A program made the translations under genes and the position numbers. Below the pieces are notes generated by a model. It was given only the letters and a program-made list of their open reading frames with translations. It was not told the DNA's origin and did not search any database. A DNA stretch of 64,000 bases from Octopus sinensis (Eukaryota): assembly GCF_006345805.1 (NCBI RefSeq), contig NC_042998.1:13578001-13642000 (forward strand), read 5' to 3'. Shown piece by piece: positions 24,782-40,553 of this stretch; position 1 is the stretch's first letter; the number at the start of each line of letters is the position of its first letter.

Positions 24782-27700
24782 TAGTTTTATTCTTATTTTT
24801 ATAGCGTGCTTTCACTTCACTACCGAGCGCAGCTCTGTGTGCCTTGGGTATGTGCTGTGATTTGTTGTGATGCTCTGATGGTTATTGTATGGAAAGTGTT
24901 CTGCGTAGGATGTGTGCAGTGCCTAGTAGTGCAATTTTCTGTATGTTATATGTGTTTGTAAGTCCTGGTGTTTTTGTTATGTATTTGTCTGAATATTTTT
25001 TTATCATGCCTAATGCACCTACTATGATAGGAATTGTTTCTGTTTTCAGATTCCACATTCTAGTTACCTCTATTTCCAGGTCTTTGTATTTTGAGAGTTT
25101 CTCCATTTCTTTTAGAGACACGTTGTCATCTGCCGGTACTGATACATCAATTAGAAAGCATTTTTTCCTTCATGATCTCTGACAACTATATCTGGTCTGT
25201 TGGCCTTAATTTCTCTATCTGTGTGTATCGGCATATCCCAGAGTATGGTTGCTTTCTCGTTTTCTGTGACCTTTTCTGGTGTGTGCCTATACCATCTTTT
25301 TTCTGTTGTTATTCCATAACGTTGGCATAGCTTCCAATGTATGTAAGTTCCAACTCTGTCATGTCTGTGAATATATTCCTTCTTAGCCAGGACTGGGCAG
25401 CTAGAGATAATATGATTTATTGTTTCTTGTCCATCTCCACATATTCTGCAGTTACTTGTAATATTTCTTTTCATTACATGTTTTTGGTAATTTCTGGTGG
25501 GGAGGCTTTGGTCTTGTTTCTGCTATAAGTCCTGAGCTTCTCAACCATTGCTGGGATTTTTCTTTGTCTATTTCTTTTGCGTTTAGTTTAGTCCAGTATT
25601 TACCATGAAGGGGCTTTTCTTGCCATCGTTTTATCATGGTTCGTTGCTGTTCTATTTTTAGTTTGGATTTCATTTTTTCTATAGCTTTTGTTGTTTCTTC
25701 ATCTTCTTCTTCTTCATGTTTATTAGGTGGTATGATTTCTTGTTTGTATTTGTCAGCTTCCTTAAATACTGAGAACAGTTTTTTGTTTTGCTCGTGTTTT
25801 GCCGCTACCTGGATCAGTTTTCCTTCCTTCTGAAGTAGATATTTTTGCAGTCCTATGGTGGTATTTTATAGTAGTTTTCCAGCTGTATAAGGCCTCTACC
25901 ACCTTTTATACGTTGTATATATAGTCTTTCCATGTCAGATTTTGGGTGATGCATCCTAGATCCTGTCATTATTTCTTGTTTTCCTGTCTATTTTGGTCAG
26001 TTCATTTCGTTCCAGTTAAGGATATTGTAGCTGTAACTTATAACTGTGACAGCTAAAGTGTTGATACCTATTATCTTGTTTTTAGCATTGAGCTCTGTGT
26101 TAGTATTGATCTAACTCGTCTATAATATTCTTTTTTTATTTTCTCTTTCATTTGTGTGTGTGTGTCTTATCTAGTTCATGGATTCCTAAGTATTGTAAGT
26201 TTGGCTTTGGTCTAATTCTTTTATTTCATTTGCTTCATCTAGTGTGATGTTGTTACTCTTAACTAGTTTTCCTCTTTTCATGGTTACTTTGGCGCATTTT
26301 TGTAATCCAAATTTCATATCTATTTCTTTGGTAAATCCATGAACTGTCTTTAATAGTGTCCAGCTGTTTATCATTTGCAGCGTATAGTTTTAGGTCATCC
26401 ATATATAAAAGGTGGCTGATCGTTTTGCCGTAACATTATTATCCGCATCCAGTTCTATTTAGCATATCAGATAGAGGTGACAGTGCCAAGCAGAAAAGGA
26501 GTGGAGAGAGCGTATCTCCCTGGAATAGTCCTCTTCTAATGGGGATGTCTTTGGTTTTCATGAGTCCCTCTTTTGTTTGGAGATGTAGGACTGTTTGCCA
26601 TTTATTCATAGAGTGCTCTATGAATTTTATGATTGTTGGTGCTATTTGTTAATGGCTAGTGTTTCGAGGATCCATGTGTGGGGGATGCTATCAAACGCCT
26701 TTTTGTAGTCAATCCAGGCCATACTGAGGCCTTTCTTCTTTCTGTGGCTGTCTTCAGTTATGGCTTTATTAATCATTAGTTGATCTTTACAGCCATATGA
26801 GCCTTTGCGGCATCCTTTCTGCTCTTCTGGGAACAGTTTGTTTTCGTCCAGGTGCTTGTTCAGCCTTTGTGATATCACTGCAGTAAATGCCTTGAACATA
26901 GTAGGGAGGCAGGTTATTGGTCTGTAGTTTTCTGGTTTTTCTGTTTTTTGATTGGGAATTAGATGGTTTTCCCCTTCGTGAGCCATTCAGGCATTGTCTC
27001 TGGCTCTGCTAGTACGTTGTTAAAGTTTTCAGCCAGCTTTTTGTGCATTCCTGTTAGATATTTCAACCAGAAGTTGGGGATCTTGTCATGCCCCGGTGCC
27101 TTCCAGTTGCTTAGGTCTTTGCAGTGCCTGGGTGACCTCTTCAGTTGTTATGGGGGTCCAAATTTGTTCAGATGCCGAGTTTGTTATTTTGATACTCCTT
27201 TTTTTTGCTGTTCGTTCGCCGACCATATTTCTCCCCAGAATTTCCAATTCTTCTGCCGTTGGTGCTGCAGTGACTTCTATTTTATTTTGCCCAGTTCTTG
27301 GTAGAACTTTTTGGGGTTGGAGTTGAACTTTTTGTTTTCTTCAAAGAAGCGTTGGCGTTTCTTGTACCGGCGGATCCTTTGTGCTTTGGCAAGGATATCT
27401 TGCTTCAGCTTTTCTTTTATTTCAGGCAGATCTTTTCTGTGGATATTATATTTGCGGAGTATTTTTGTTCTCTTTTTGTTGCTCAGTAGCGTTGATTCTT
27501 TGCTGATTTCACTAAGAATCGACAGGTCTTTTCTATTTTTTTTTATTTTGCTTTGGATGTTATTTATCCACAGGGTTTGTTTGGGTGGTGGTACTCCTGT
27601 TTGGGCGGGTTTGGGTGAGTATCCAGCTTCTTTTGTGGCTGCAGTGGCTGCTGCGTATATTAGGTTATTTAGCTCAGTGATATCACTTTTTTTTTTATTC

Positions 27701-28833
27701 CGTGGCTATCAGTTCAGTGACGGTTAGGTTTATGCTGTTTATAATAGGTGTTGTTATTTCGTTTTTTGATTCTTGGGAGGTATGGTCGGTGGTCCATTTT
27801 GAGCTCTGTGGTTTTAGTCTTTGATTATTTTATTTTTTATATTATCATAATCATTAGGCTCCCCTTCGTTGTTTACATCGTGTTTGTTGGGAATGTTGCG
27901 TTTTTCTTCGTGTTTTACAGTTCAGTGTTTATATTTTGGGCATTGTTGTGTGGCTTCTATCTACATTTTCCTGGTGTATGTTTTCTTTTAGGTGTTCTAT
28001 TTCTATTTCTGATTTTTTTTGTGTTGAGAATGTATCTTCGTACGTTAGCTAATTTATTAGGGTTCATTGCTGTATCCAAGTCTAAATCTCTATTATTTTC
28101 CTTCCATATTTTATATGTATGTGTTATTGTATTTTCATTTTTTGGGTAGAGTACTGCTGTGAAGTATGCGTGTAAGATAGAAATGTATTCCTCACGTGTC
28201 CATTTACGTCTTTTGGGTTTTATTTGCGGGACATGAGGTACAACGTCCGGCCCATTATTTTGACGGTCGTCATTTTCGTAGGGTACCGGTCCGTTTATTT
28301 CTGTTGTCACATTATTTCGCACGTGTAGTTTTTCGTACATTTTTTGTTGTAGGTTTAATGTACGTACCGCTCGATTGTTATTCTTGGGTTGAATAGTATC
28401 GGTGGCATTTAATTTCTTCGTAGTTCCTTTGTACATGGTGTTTGGGGTCGGAGATGATCGTGATGTTTCACGCATGTTTACATGTGTTGCGTTAGAGGTG
28501 GAGATGATATCGAGTCAAAATACATCATTTCGTTTCGAAAATAGTAATAAATTTCAATTTGTATTACTTACTCAGATACAGTCCAATTCTTTGTTAGTAA
28601 AACTTTGGCTCCATAGGATGTCCTTTTTTTCGATGTTTGTGGATAGGTTTCGGAGCTCTGAATTTTCCTTCTTACATCTTAAAAGTCCCCCGGTGTTCTT
28701 CTTAAAAGTCCCCCGGTGTTCTTCTTAAAAGTCCCCCGGTGTTCTCTCTTAAAAGTCCCCCGGTGTTCTTCTTAAAAGTCCCCCGGTGTTCTTCTTAAAA
28801 GTCCCCCGGTGTTCTCTCTTAAAAGTCCCCCGG

Positions 28834-28835
<2 letters not shown>
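24777..28835 (-). mobile_element. Near full-length R4/Dong-type retrotransposon (family A, about 4.06 kb), ORF frameshifted
   Basis: ORF from 28475. N-terminal RRKWTREEY...IWKE..NKLANVRRYI (myb-like, typical of the R4 clade). RT motifs PENYRPITCL, AWIDYKKAFDSIPH, FQGDTLSPLLF and YMDDLKLY. CCHC knuckle and REL domain. (TTA)n at both ends. Confidence 0.95.
28681..28835 (-). repeat. Seven-copy 23/24-bp tandem repeat at the element 5' end
   Basis: aaaagtcccccggtg at 28681, 28704, 28727, 28751, 28774, 28797 and 28821. Confidence 0.97.
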
Positions 28836-28891
<56 letters not shown>

Positions 28892-29155
28892 GTTATTATT
28901 ATTAATATATCTAACGCAGTTAACAATGCTATGCTTTCTTGTGAATAACGTTTATTGTCATTTACGTGTTGGAATGAAAAACTGAATGTATAACCGAAAA
29001 CATGTTGACGCATACAAAAACATGGAGTGATGACCTCGCCTGGAATAATTGCAAACTGCCATTATGCATACGCCTATACATACACACACAAACTTATGAT
29101 ATATGTATATAAACACACACACACGTACAGATATAAAATCATACATACTTACACA

Positions 29156-29187
<32 letters not shown>

Positions 29188-29231
29188 CGTACATATGTAT
29201 ATATATACACATATATATATAAATGCATACA

Positions 29232-29275
<44 letters not shown>

Positions 29276-29303
29276 ATATATTCGTATTTATACATATATA
29301 TGC

Positions 29304-29338
<35 letters not shown>

Positions 29339-29701
29339 AAGGAGAAGAGAAGCATACAGAATGAGATAAAAACCGGAAAATATAAAACTAAAAATATATA
29401 ACAAATACACAAGGATAAACAGATTAAATTTGTACATGCACTAGATTTCATCTATTGCGTATAGCGGAAGAGGAAAGAAGAAACGAACGGAAATAAACGT
29501 GTTATATTGACACTTATGAATACAACGACTCCATTAGCAGGCATTGCAAGAGCTTCTGTTAAAATATCTGAGAAAAAGTAGCTTTGCATTACCAATTCTA
29601 TATTTAAGTTGCAAATGCAGGAATGTATGTTCATCTATATGTATATATATATATATATATATACATATGTGCGCGTGTCTATTTGTGTGCGTGTGTGCGT
29701 C

Positions 29702-29745
<44 letters not shown>

Positions 29746-29749
<4 letters not shown>

Positions 29750-29904
29750 AGTGTGCGTCATATTATATGTGTATAAATGTATATAACGTATATATGTCTA
29801 TATATATATATATATTATATATACGCATATATACGTATATACACTTATAGACATATAATATAACGCACACTGAGATGTATATATATGTATATATATATAT
29901 GTAT

Positions 29905-29938
<34 letters not shown>

Positions 29939-30063
29939 GTATATATATATATGTAATTATATGTATATATATATGTATATATATATATACATTATATATA
30001 TATATATATATGTGTATGTATATATATATATTATATATACATATATATATATATATGTATATA

Positions 30064-30096
<33 letters not shown>

Positions 30097-30256
30097 GATA
30101 TATATATATATTATATATATATATAAGTGTGCGTCATATTATATGTGTATAAACGTATATAACGTATATATGTCTATATATATATATATGTATATATACG
30201 CATATATGCGTATATACACTTATAGACATAATATAACGCACACTCAGGCGTATATA
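29746..30256 (+). repeat. Duplication of about 376-bp period within a (TA)n-rich tract
   Basis: aagtgtgcgtcatattatatgtg...cacttatagacatataatataacgcacact at 29749 and 30125. Confidence 0.8.
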
Positions 30257-30929
30257 TATGTATATATATATATATATCTATATATATATATATAATATAT
30301 ATATATATATGTATACATATATTTGTAGTTATATGTATATATATGTATATATATATATACATTATATATATTATATATGTATATATATTTTATTTATATT
30401 TTATATATATATATATATGTATATATATGTATATATATATATGTATGTATGTATATAGAAACTATCGGATATGTGTTGGTGATTTCTACTTATGTATACA
30501 TAGCTCCAAGTATGTCGAGATACCTGTGCTGTTGCCCTGTATGAAATCTGTATATGTATGAATGTGTACAAAGAAACTAGAACATTTCTCTCATGAATTT
30601 CGTCCCACTTTTCATGAAAAGATGCAATGATTATAATTTGGATGAAATATTAATTGTAAAATTGTAAGATCATATTCAGACAGAATACACACATATATTT
30701 CGGAATCATTATGCAAAATCATGCATATTATTTAAAGCACGCTTACGTTTTAAAAATTGTTAGTTAGGTCATCTAATATATATACCAGAATCTAGATGAG
30801 TTTCTCATTCATACGAAGCGCTTCATGTCATCATATCCATCGTACGAGATATTGCAACCTTTTTAAAACATATTTCGGTCTGTGAGCTGATAGAATATTT
30901 AGCTCGTCATGCAAAGTGTTCATGCTCTA

Positions 30930-31045
30930 ACTTTAAATTTGCTTTCCACCCTTTCGGGATCGATAAGGTAAGTAGCGCTTGAGTGATGGTGTCAATGTAA
31001 TTAACTCCAAAAATGCTGACCTTGTATAAAAATTTGAAATCAATA
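30930..31045 (+). mobile_element. SINE fragment (Meta/MESC-like family)
   Basis: ttgctttccaccctttcgggatcgataaggtaagta resembles the 14.7-kb unit. Confidence 0.55.
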
Positions 31046-32070
31046 TTGTATTCGTATTTAATCATAATCAGAGGATGTATTTACGAAGCTAATTCATAAT
31101 AAGTATGCTAAATATCTGAAATAATTGAAATTTAAATGCAAAAAGTATATCGCTATTTCACGACTACAGATTGTGTTTTTTTTTTAATAATTCTTTCAGT
31201 ATTTTTTCGAATAATGAATTTCCTTTCTGCATTTTAACGTATAGATATCCTGCTTATTTATCTAAAAAAACATTTAGCAATTTATACATACATAGAAACT
31301 AAAATATAAGGGTCATATAAAGCAGGAATTACTTTATAAATAATATTACTATTTTTTTTTTTTCAAAATTGCATTTAGTAGATTTTTTTACCTTAACAGA
31401 CCTAGTTTTAACTTTCAGTCGTTTATTGTTTTATGAGTCACATATACAACCCTGTATGTCTGTGTATGTTTACATATATACGTGTTTGTTGGTCTATATC
31501 GGACAAATGAGTGTGCAAAATATGGTGTGGGGGTCTTAATTTATTGCAGCGTGAACTGGGGCCCACACATATATATCGTAAATATTTAAAATTAATTGTA
31601 CATGGACCAGTGTTCTTTTCGATGTCTGCGACACTTACTCCTCATAGACTCGTAACTAGTGAGCTGTCTGATAATATGCGCATACGTATAGTAATATTCC
31701 TGTTTATTTGGTGTATTAATGCAGATATATATTCCCTAAAGCTGATGTTAATACGAGAACTCATTTTAACATTGGCACATCAGCAAAACTTTCATTTTGT
31801 TATATATTTTAACGTAAAATGTAACTGACCGAAACAATTAGAATTATATATTTTGCGACCAACGATTTTTATAACAAAATTGACACTCTTAACATTATGT
31901 CTGACAGGAAAATGTTTTCATAATCGAACTATGAGCCTAGAGACGCCCATTATGTACTTCAAAATAAAAATAATAAAAACATTATGCATATTTACAGAAA
32001 AAAATATTTCATTGTACAAGGAAATGAATTTAGTTAATAAGTTTCACATATATATATATATATATAATAT

Positions 32071-32120
<50 letters not shown>

Positions 32121-33559
32121 CAGACACAGATCAATGGCCACACGGTTTTGGTTGTGGTGTAATAAACTATATCGCTAAAGACGGTTAACAAAAGACGATG
32201 AAATATATATCTTGAATTCCATCACTATGCACCACACTGAATAATGGAGAGTGCAGCATTCATTTTAATGCGAATAAAGAAGTCCTCATGAAGAAATGGA
32301 GAGAGCAATACAACAGAAGAACGATACATATACAATTCGTATGTTGTCTACGTGATGACATAGAACAGTTTGATCTGTTGCTGTAAAAATAGAATCCCTT
32401 TACCATAAGAGTATTACACTTGCAACAATTGATTATCGTTTCCCAATATCTACTATGAATATAGTAAATCTATTAGTCACATATCCCTGTAGCTCATTCG
32501 TTTTTATCTATATCAATGTGATCAATACCAATATACTTACTAACAATTGTAACAATGAAATTCTTACAGTGGTGAATGTCCTGTATGCAATTGACATTAT
32601 TTCGAGTGTGTGTATTTTTGATACTTATTATAATTTCCCTTTTTACCGCCATCTTTCTCTCCCAACCTCTGTCTATTACAACTTCGAACAATATCAGATA
32701 TTAGTTTGGAACTTCGACATTCAATGCTAGACAAATAACATTGTTGTATAATATTAAAAGCTTGCAAATACACACATAATATATTGATATTGTTCACACT
32801 ACTAAATAGAATTTCAGCGTTAATCTGACATCTCCCCGCAAAAGCAAATATCAATAAGGAAAACAATAAATACCAAGATGATATTATGATGAACAGCAGT
32901 AAGTATATGAAGAGTGGAGGTCGTTCTAAAATGATGGTCAATAATTTGATTGCGAAGAGTAGTACAGGAACTGTTGATAAGCACTTATCAGAGTTGTTAG
33001 AAAGGCAAGATATATTTGCTGGGTAATATCGAGGGTAATATGAAAGTAATCTAAAACTGCAGGAAAACAGACCCATCATAAACTATAAGGATATAAATAT
33101 TATCTTCTTATAATTGTAACTACACCTCGCAAACACTCACAATTGAATACACAAGCAACGATTGTATAGACATATATCTATAACATATGGGATATATTTT
33201 AATAAAATGCTCCTATTTTCAAAGTATTAATATTGCAGTGAATGTGTTCATTCTAAGTAAATTCCTGTGTAGATTTATATGACCCACGGCACCTATAGAA
33301 AAATGAGTGAGGGGGAAAAACAGCCAAAGTTATCTACAAAAATGTAGCCGTTTTATTTCAAGAAGATGTATTCTAAGAAACAAGGCCTGTACTTCATCTT
33401 ATACAGAACGAAATGGAGTGGAGGGTTTGAGACAGGTAAAAAATCTTAGGCACAGCCTAAGCATAAATTAATCTTTCTCTGAATAATTCGTACTTATGGA
33501 TAACATTTATAAATATTTAGGGGTATACTCGGGTGACGTTCCTTGGAAGAGTATAAATA

Positions 33560-34190
33560 GAAATATTAGTCATACAATGTATTTGTGCATTTTCCCTGTA
33601 ATTTGCAACTACATATTACGTACAAAACGGCACTAGAAGACAGGTGGAAGTTTCCATGTTCTCATCAATAATGATACAAGTAGCAACCGAGCAGCATATA
33701 TCATCTTAACTATTACAAAGATGGAAAAGCACATTGGATAATGCTATATATACAAATCTAAGAATTATACGAGAAAGGACGAAACATTCACTCATGGTAT
33801 ATTTTTGTTTGCATTGGAAATAGATCAAAGCATTCTTGTGGGATAGGCAACAAGCATAAAGAATTTAAATGACCACCATATTACTAAGAATGTTTTCTCA
33901 AAGTTAGCGTGTTGATAGATCAAATATATTTATCTCTTCAGTTGCCAGGAATCAGAAACTCGCCACCAGAAGTATATCCATCGACAAAGTGAGGCAATAT
34001 AATATGTACGCACTTTTGTAGAAAAATATAAACCCGTTGTATGAAATGCCGCATTTAAAGTATAGGAAGACTGCAAAACACAATCAAAGCTACACATTAC
34101 ACCAATATGTACGTGTGTCTGCATAAACCAGAAAAAGGGACTTGGAAATTTCTGGATAGATTTCAGTACAGAACATCCTTCTATATTTAT
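33560..34190 (+). mobile_element. Possible decayed piggyBac-like transposase C-terminus
   Basis: RCMKC...KAT....YVCLH resembles the cysteine-rich domain. Very degraded. Confidence 0.25.
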
Positions 34191-34230
34191 CGCAGAATTT
34201 CACACTCGAATCACCATAGAAGAAAATCTT

Positions 34231-34281
<51 letters not shown>

Positions 34282-34828
34282 ATATATATATATATATATA
34301 CATACATACACGCACATATTCACTTGCGTATATGTGTGTGTACGTGTGTGTATATGTGTTTGTGTGTGTGTGTATCATCGTATCTACATACCTCTTTATT
34401 TATGTAACTATCTATCAGGATATTTGTCATTGCCGCGGGGGTCTTTCGTTGTTTCGGGGTGTATTTCCCCTTTAAAAACGTATATAGAAGTTCATCTCCG
34501 CAATATTTACGACCTGATTATCTCTTGTGACGCTCGTGTATATATCCATCAGCGATGATAAAGGAGCAATGTGTAAAGGAAAGATTTATAAAGGAACGAA
34601 CTGATCTCTGCAGATAGGAATGAGAAACAACAGGTGTTTGAGAAGGTACACCACTTAAATGAACTTGAATAAATATACAGTAGATGGGCACACCCGAGGA
34701 AAGTATTTAAGCATCGACAGTATCCAACAAGATATACATATATGTATCTGTGTGTGTGTGTGCATATATGCATATATACACGCGCACCATACACAAATAC
34801 ACACGCACATACACACACACACACACAC

Positions 34829-34874
<46 letters not shown>

Positions 34875-36062
34875 TACATATATATATACACATATATATA
34901 TATATATATGTATATATATGTATATATATATATATGTCATATATATTTCTATATATGTATACATATTTATGTATATGTATATAAATACGTGTGTGTGTAT
35001 GTGCACTTATATGTATGTATATGCATATATGTATTGTTTATGGATATATCCGTTATATAAATAAGTGTGCGCATGCGTGCGTTTGTATGCGTTTGCACAA
35101 TAGCATGTGTAATTGTGAGCAGATTAACGTTTTTCTGTTTATCATATTGATATAAATACCGAGAGAGTGAGAGATGTTTAAAACGGAGGAGTTGATGAGA
35201 AACTTGGAGGGAAAGAGCGAGAAAGAAACGGGGGAGAGAAACCAAGAGAAGAGTGAGAAAATAAGACTGGGTAGGAGACAGATAGTTAAATTTTCATAGG
35301 CTATGGTGTTGCTTGTAGCGTAATGCAGATTAATAATTGAGCTGTGCAACTGTATTATAATGATGATTTGAAGGTAAAACTCAGTTGATAAACGAGAGGA
35401 ATCATTTGATTAATTTCACTTTATGGTCCTGGGAGGAATAAGATTAATATCGAAATATATTTCGCTAAATGAAAGAGCTCTATGGCCGACACAGAGGGGT
35501 TATACATGTATGTGTCTAATGTACTAGATCATGTCGAAATAGCAAATAGGTTTCCATATACTGAAATAGTTCGCTTCATAGCAGAATAATTTATGCCTAT
35601 TTTACTACTCATTCAGTCTCGAGAGTCCACTATTGTCTGAGATGTATTTTATACTTGTTTGGTCCCAATGATTATTAATAGATTTTTTTTTCATTAATTT
35701 CCTACTATCTAAACCCTCTGATGGTAGATATATTTTTATATTATATATAAGTGTAATGAATATATATGTGTGTTTGTGTGTGTGTGTGTGTGTTGGCGCG
35801 TGCGTATACCAATATCTATGTGTGTATTCACCTATATATATATGTATGTATATATATATAATATATATATATATGTACTTCCACACATATATTAAATACA
35901 TGTATATATATATATATACATTGAAAACCGCACTAGAATGGGAGAAAGCGCTAATGATCTGAATGATATGATCTGAATGATATGATATATATATGTAAAA
36001 AGTGTAATATATAATAAATATCTGTATATATGAACCATCCGATCTTCTGATTACCTCATTTC

Positions 36063-36109
<47 letters not shown>

Positions 36110-36110
36110 C

Positions 36111-36148
<38 letters not shown>

Positions 36149-36594
36149 AACATATATATATATATATACATATATATATCCACATATATTATTATGTGTG
36201 TGTATGGTGATAGACGTACTCAGACACGGCTCATATATGCCAAATATTAAACATAAATACGAGATATAATGTAGATTAATGATTCACTATGGATTTTTAA
36301 ATGTAGATCACATTTTCTGCTAAAATAATGAACGAAGAAACATTACATCTATGCTTCCTAATGTGTGAGTAAGCATAGATCAGAATGGTAACCCAAAGAC
36401 TCGAATAGCACTTGCATAACAAAATAGTTCCTAAGCTATCTACAAGATGCGCATGTACTATCTACAAATACAGTACACACTTTGGACAGGTAAATTATGG
36501 TAATAAATGAAAGTGGGACAAATTCAAACGAAAAAGGTTTAATCATAGTAGAATCACCGTATGCTTTATATTTTCATTCACTCATATATTCGGT

Positions 36595-37200
36595 TCTCAT
36601 AGTGCCTTCTGGCACTTGAGCCGACAGCAAGGTTTTTCCACCTTCTAACGCTGAGACCGTTATTGACAGCTTGTTCCATTGTTAACCCTCTGCTTTTAAG
36701 ATCTTTTGTTATTGTTCTCCGCCACGTCTCCTTTGGTTACTCACATCTTCTTTTACCTTCTGGATCCCATTGCAAAGCGAACCTGAAATTTGTGTTCGGT
36801 GTATTGTGAGAAACTCGCCCCAGCCATTTCCATCTCCTTGCTTCAATAGTATCTCTTATTGGTCTCACGTTAGCCTTGGGTTGCAGTTGGCTATTCGAAA
36901 TCATATTCAACCAGTAGACCCTAAAACATTTTCGTAAATATTTATTTCGAAACACCTCCAAATTCTTTTCAATAATTTTGGTTGTTTTCCAACATTCGGA
37001 TCCCTAGACGAAGATGCTAAATATGTTGCTTTGGTAAAATCATATTTTGGTGCTCTTTCTGAGTATTGATGGTTTCCATATTGAGTTTAACATAGCAAAT
37101 AATTGGTTGGGTTTGCTGGTTCTTGTATTCGTTTCGTGAATGCAGTCTCCATCCAATGTAATTTTGGTACATAGATAGTTAAAATGACAAGGTTTGCATT
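36595..37200 (-). mobile_element. RTE-clade LINE 3' fragment
   Basis: GSECWKTT, EVFRNKYLRKCFRVYWLNMISN, RRWKWLGRV, ALQWDPEGKR and PKETWRRT. Confidence 0.85.
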
Positions 37201-37301
37201 AAAGGGTTCAATTTCAAGGCCTACATATATATCCTTGTCTGCCAACGTATTTGGACATTTATTTTTATTCTTTGGAACGTTTCATCCCTAAGGCCGTGGT
37301 C

Positions 37302-37366
<65 letters not shown>

Positions 37367-37469
37367 ATATATATATATATATACATATATACATATATAT
37401 ATATATATTATATATATATATATGCATATATATATATATATACATATAAATATATATATATATGCATAT

Positions 37470-37541
<72 letters not shown>

Positions 37542-38589
37542 ATATATACATACATATATATATATAAACGCTATTCAAAGCACCGATGTATCAAAACATG
37601 CTTAGTAGCATTTTTCCATACATTGCTTTAATTCCAGTATGCTTAGTTCTGCATAGTTCGACTTCACCTTTAATCCATAAAGCTACACATTAGGTTAATA
37701 TAATCTATTTCCCTAAAATTGCTGACATTGTGGGGGAAAATTTGAAGACGTCTTTTATATTTTTCCCATTCCCTAATCCAAATACTGAGCGTGAATAAAA
37801 GCGTTTCGATATCTATGACAACAGGGAACAAGGAAATTGTGTCAGCAATTTTTTGGCATTTCAGTCAGAAACTGATAAAATATTTTTCCACGTCGGTTTA
37901 GAATATAAGATGCACGTATTTATGTTGAATTGTATTTTTAACGTGAGTGAAATCAACAACAAAATACGTGTGTGTGTGCTTGTGTAATTGCGCATGTGTG
38001 TTTGTTTTTGTGTGTCATTTATGTTGTCATTATGTTCTGAAGCCTACAGCCATGTCTGTGCCTGAACAAAAACACTCAGCTACGTAAGATTATTTTTCTC
38101 TATATGTATTCTTATTCCATCTTTATTTCTCAATTATTACCCGAGTTATTGTATTATAACAACAATAGCTTTTACTTAGGTTTTGTGTAATAAAAAAGTC
38201 TCTGTCTCATTTCGTTTTCTTTTCCCCACTCAGTGTAGTTCAATGATCGATGTATCTTTCCGTCTTATGTTCGTTCCAGTGTTTACCGCACTATAAATCT
38301 TGCACAATATTTATTCATTTCACACAATCAACATTTACCATTCGAATAGGAGAAATTATGATAATAATACAGTGAGTTGCCAATGGCAACGATTGTGTTG
38401 GTTCTGTGAATATCTAAACTACAAAGTAAATTTAGATCACTGATTAATAATTAACATGGTAGCCGACATCTGCGCTTCAGTTTTCACATCACAGAAATTA
38501 CAAGTATTTCACGAAAAAAATGTGTATCAAATCACAACGCTGGCAATTTCATTAGCAGAAGTAGTTTTTAAGTGTGCTTGTAAAGGCTT

Positions 38590-38789
38590 TTTATGTATGT
38601 ATGTATGTATGTATGTATGTATGTATGTATGTATGTATGTATGTATGTATGTATGTATGTATGTATGTATGTATGTATGCATGTATGTATACATGTATTT
38701 ATGTATGTATGTATCTATCTGTCTGTTTAACTATCTATCTATCTATCTACTTATCTATCTATCTGTCTACTTATCTATCTATCTATATA

Positions 38790-38820
<31 letters not shown>

Positions 38821-38835
38821 TCATCCATTTATCTA
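38590..38835 (+). repeat. (ATGT)n then (ATCT)n tetranucleotide arrays
   Basis: Direct reading. Confidence 0.95.
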
Positions 38836-39311
38836 TCTACTTACGTAAGTATATATCCACCTATTATATCTGTCTGTGCTCTTGTATATGTATATATATA
38901 TGTATATATATATATACATACATATACATATGTACACACATATATGCACATATATATGTGTGTGTGTGTTTCTGTATATGTATATTATGTATGTATTATG
39001 TATGTATATATGTATGTATGTATGTATCTATCCATCTATTCATCTCTATGATATACATAAAATAAAGAAGACAGTTATCAGCAATATAAAACCAAAAACA
39101 AGGGATTCAATCCTCAATAATTGTTACTGACGGTACAGGGAGGAACCTATATTGCTAGAAATAAAATGTAAAACACCTCTAAACCGAGAAGCAGATCATG
39201 TCTTTATACTGGCAGTGATTGAATTCTTTTTTTTTGTTTTGTATAATATTACGTATAACCGCCTTCGTTACACACACACACACACACACACATACACACA
39301 CCCACACACCC

Positions 39312-39383
<72 letters not shown>

Positions 39384-39499
39384 GCCACCGAATTTGACAT
39401 CGCCTTTCACCGTGTGGGGGGGGGGGTGACAAAATAAGTGCCATATGACGCACACACTCATATATATATACATATATAGCGGAAAGGACAATAATAAGA

Positions 39500-39528
39500 A
39501 CAATTATATTAATAATAATAATAATAAT

Positions 39529-39582
<54 letters not shown>

Positions 39583-39589
39583 GTTATTA

Positions 39590-39666
<77 letters not shown>

Positions 39667-39668
39667 TA

Positions 39669-39701
<33 letters not shown>

Positions 39702-39913
39702 GCTTATTGTTATTATTATATTATTATTATTATTATTATATATTATTATTATTTTATTATTATTATGATTATTAATATTATTGTTGTTATTACTATTAAT
39801 ATTATTACTATAATTATTATTATTATTATTATTATTACTACTGCTATTAGTATTAACATCATTATTACTATTATTATTATTACTATTATTACTATTATTC
39901 TTATTCTTATTAT

Positions 39914-39959
<46 letters not shown>

Positions 39960-39963
39960 CATC

Positions 39964-39997
<34 letters not shown>

Positions 39998-40025
39998 ACA
40001 TCATCATCATCATCGTTATTATCAT
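39500..40025 (+). repeat. Long degenerate (TTA)n array
   Basis: Direct reading. Confidence 0.95.
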
Positions 40026-40389
40026 TGCTTTTTTATAATCTCCCTTTACCCGTTTGACATATTTTCATCTAGTTTTGTTTTTCTCTTTAAAAAATATTTT
40101 GAATGTGTCTTCCTAACCGCCACCAGAGTAAATATAAATTTCCTAGTAAAGGAAAAATGACGAATATTTGCAACAAATTTAACAAACGTTTAGATTGAGC
40201 GTAATTTTCTACCAAGTGCGGTAATATGCTATAGGCCTAATTTTCCGAAATGCCTTATTCAAATAAAATAAACCTGTATAACAAATATATAAAATGTTCG
40301 TTATTGATCGAATTGTGATAGCATCTAATTCGTTCCTCGAATCCAATAACCATAAAGTACAAAGTCGTTAACGTCATGATAACATTGGT

Positions 40390-40391
40390 AT

Positions 40392-40439
<48 letters not shown>

Positions 40440-40510
40440 TTGTGGCGGTGGTGGTTATGGTAATAGTAGTAGTAGTAGTAGTGGTGGTGGTTGTGGCGGT
40501 GGGGGTCGTG

Positions 40511-40553
<43 letters not shown>

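Noticed and set aside
28681-28835. CRISPR-like short repeats
   Set aside because: There are no unique spacers, the context is eukaryotic, and it is a tandem repeat in a retrotransposon 5' UTR.
34435-34480. Minus-strand GGGG/CCCC-GAAAC hammerhead-like segment
   Set aside because: No CUGANGA-like core upstream.
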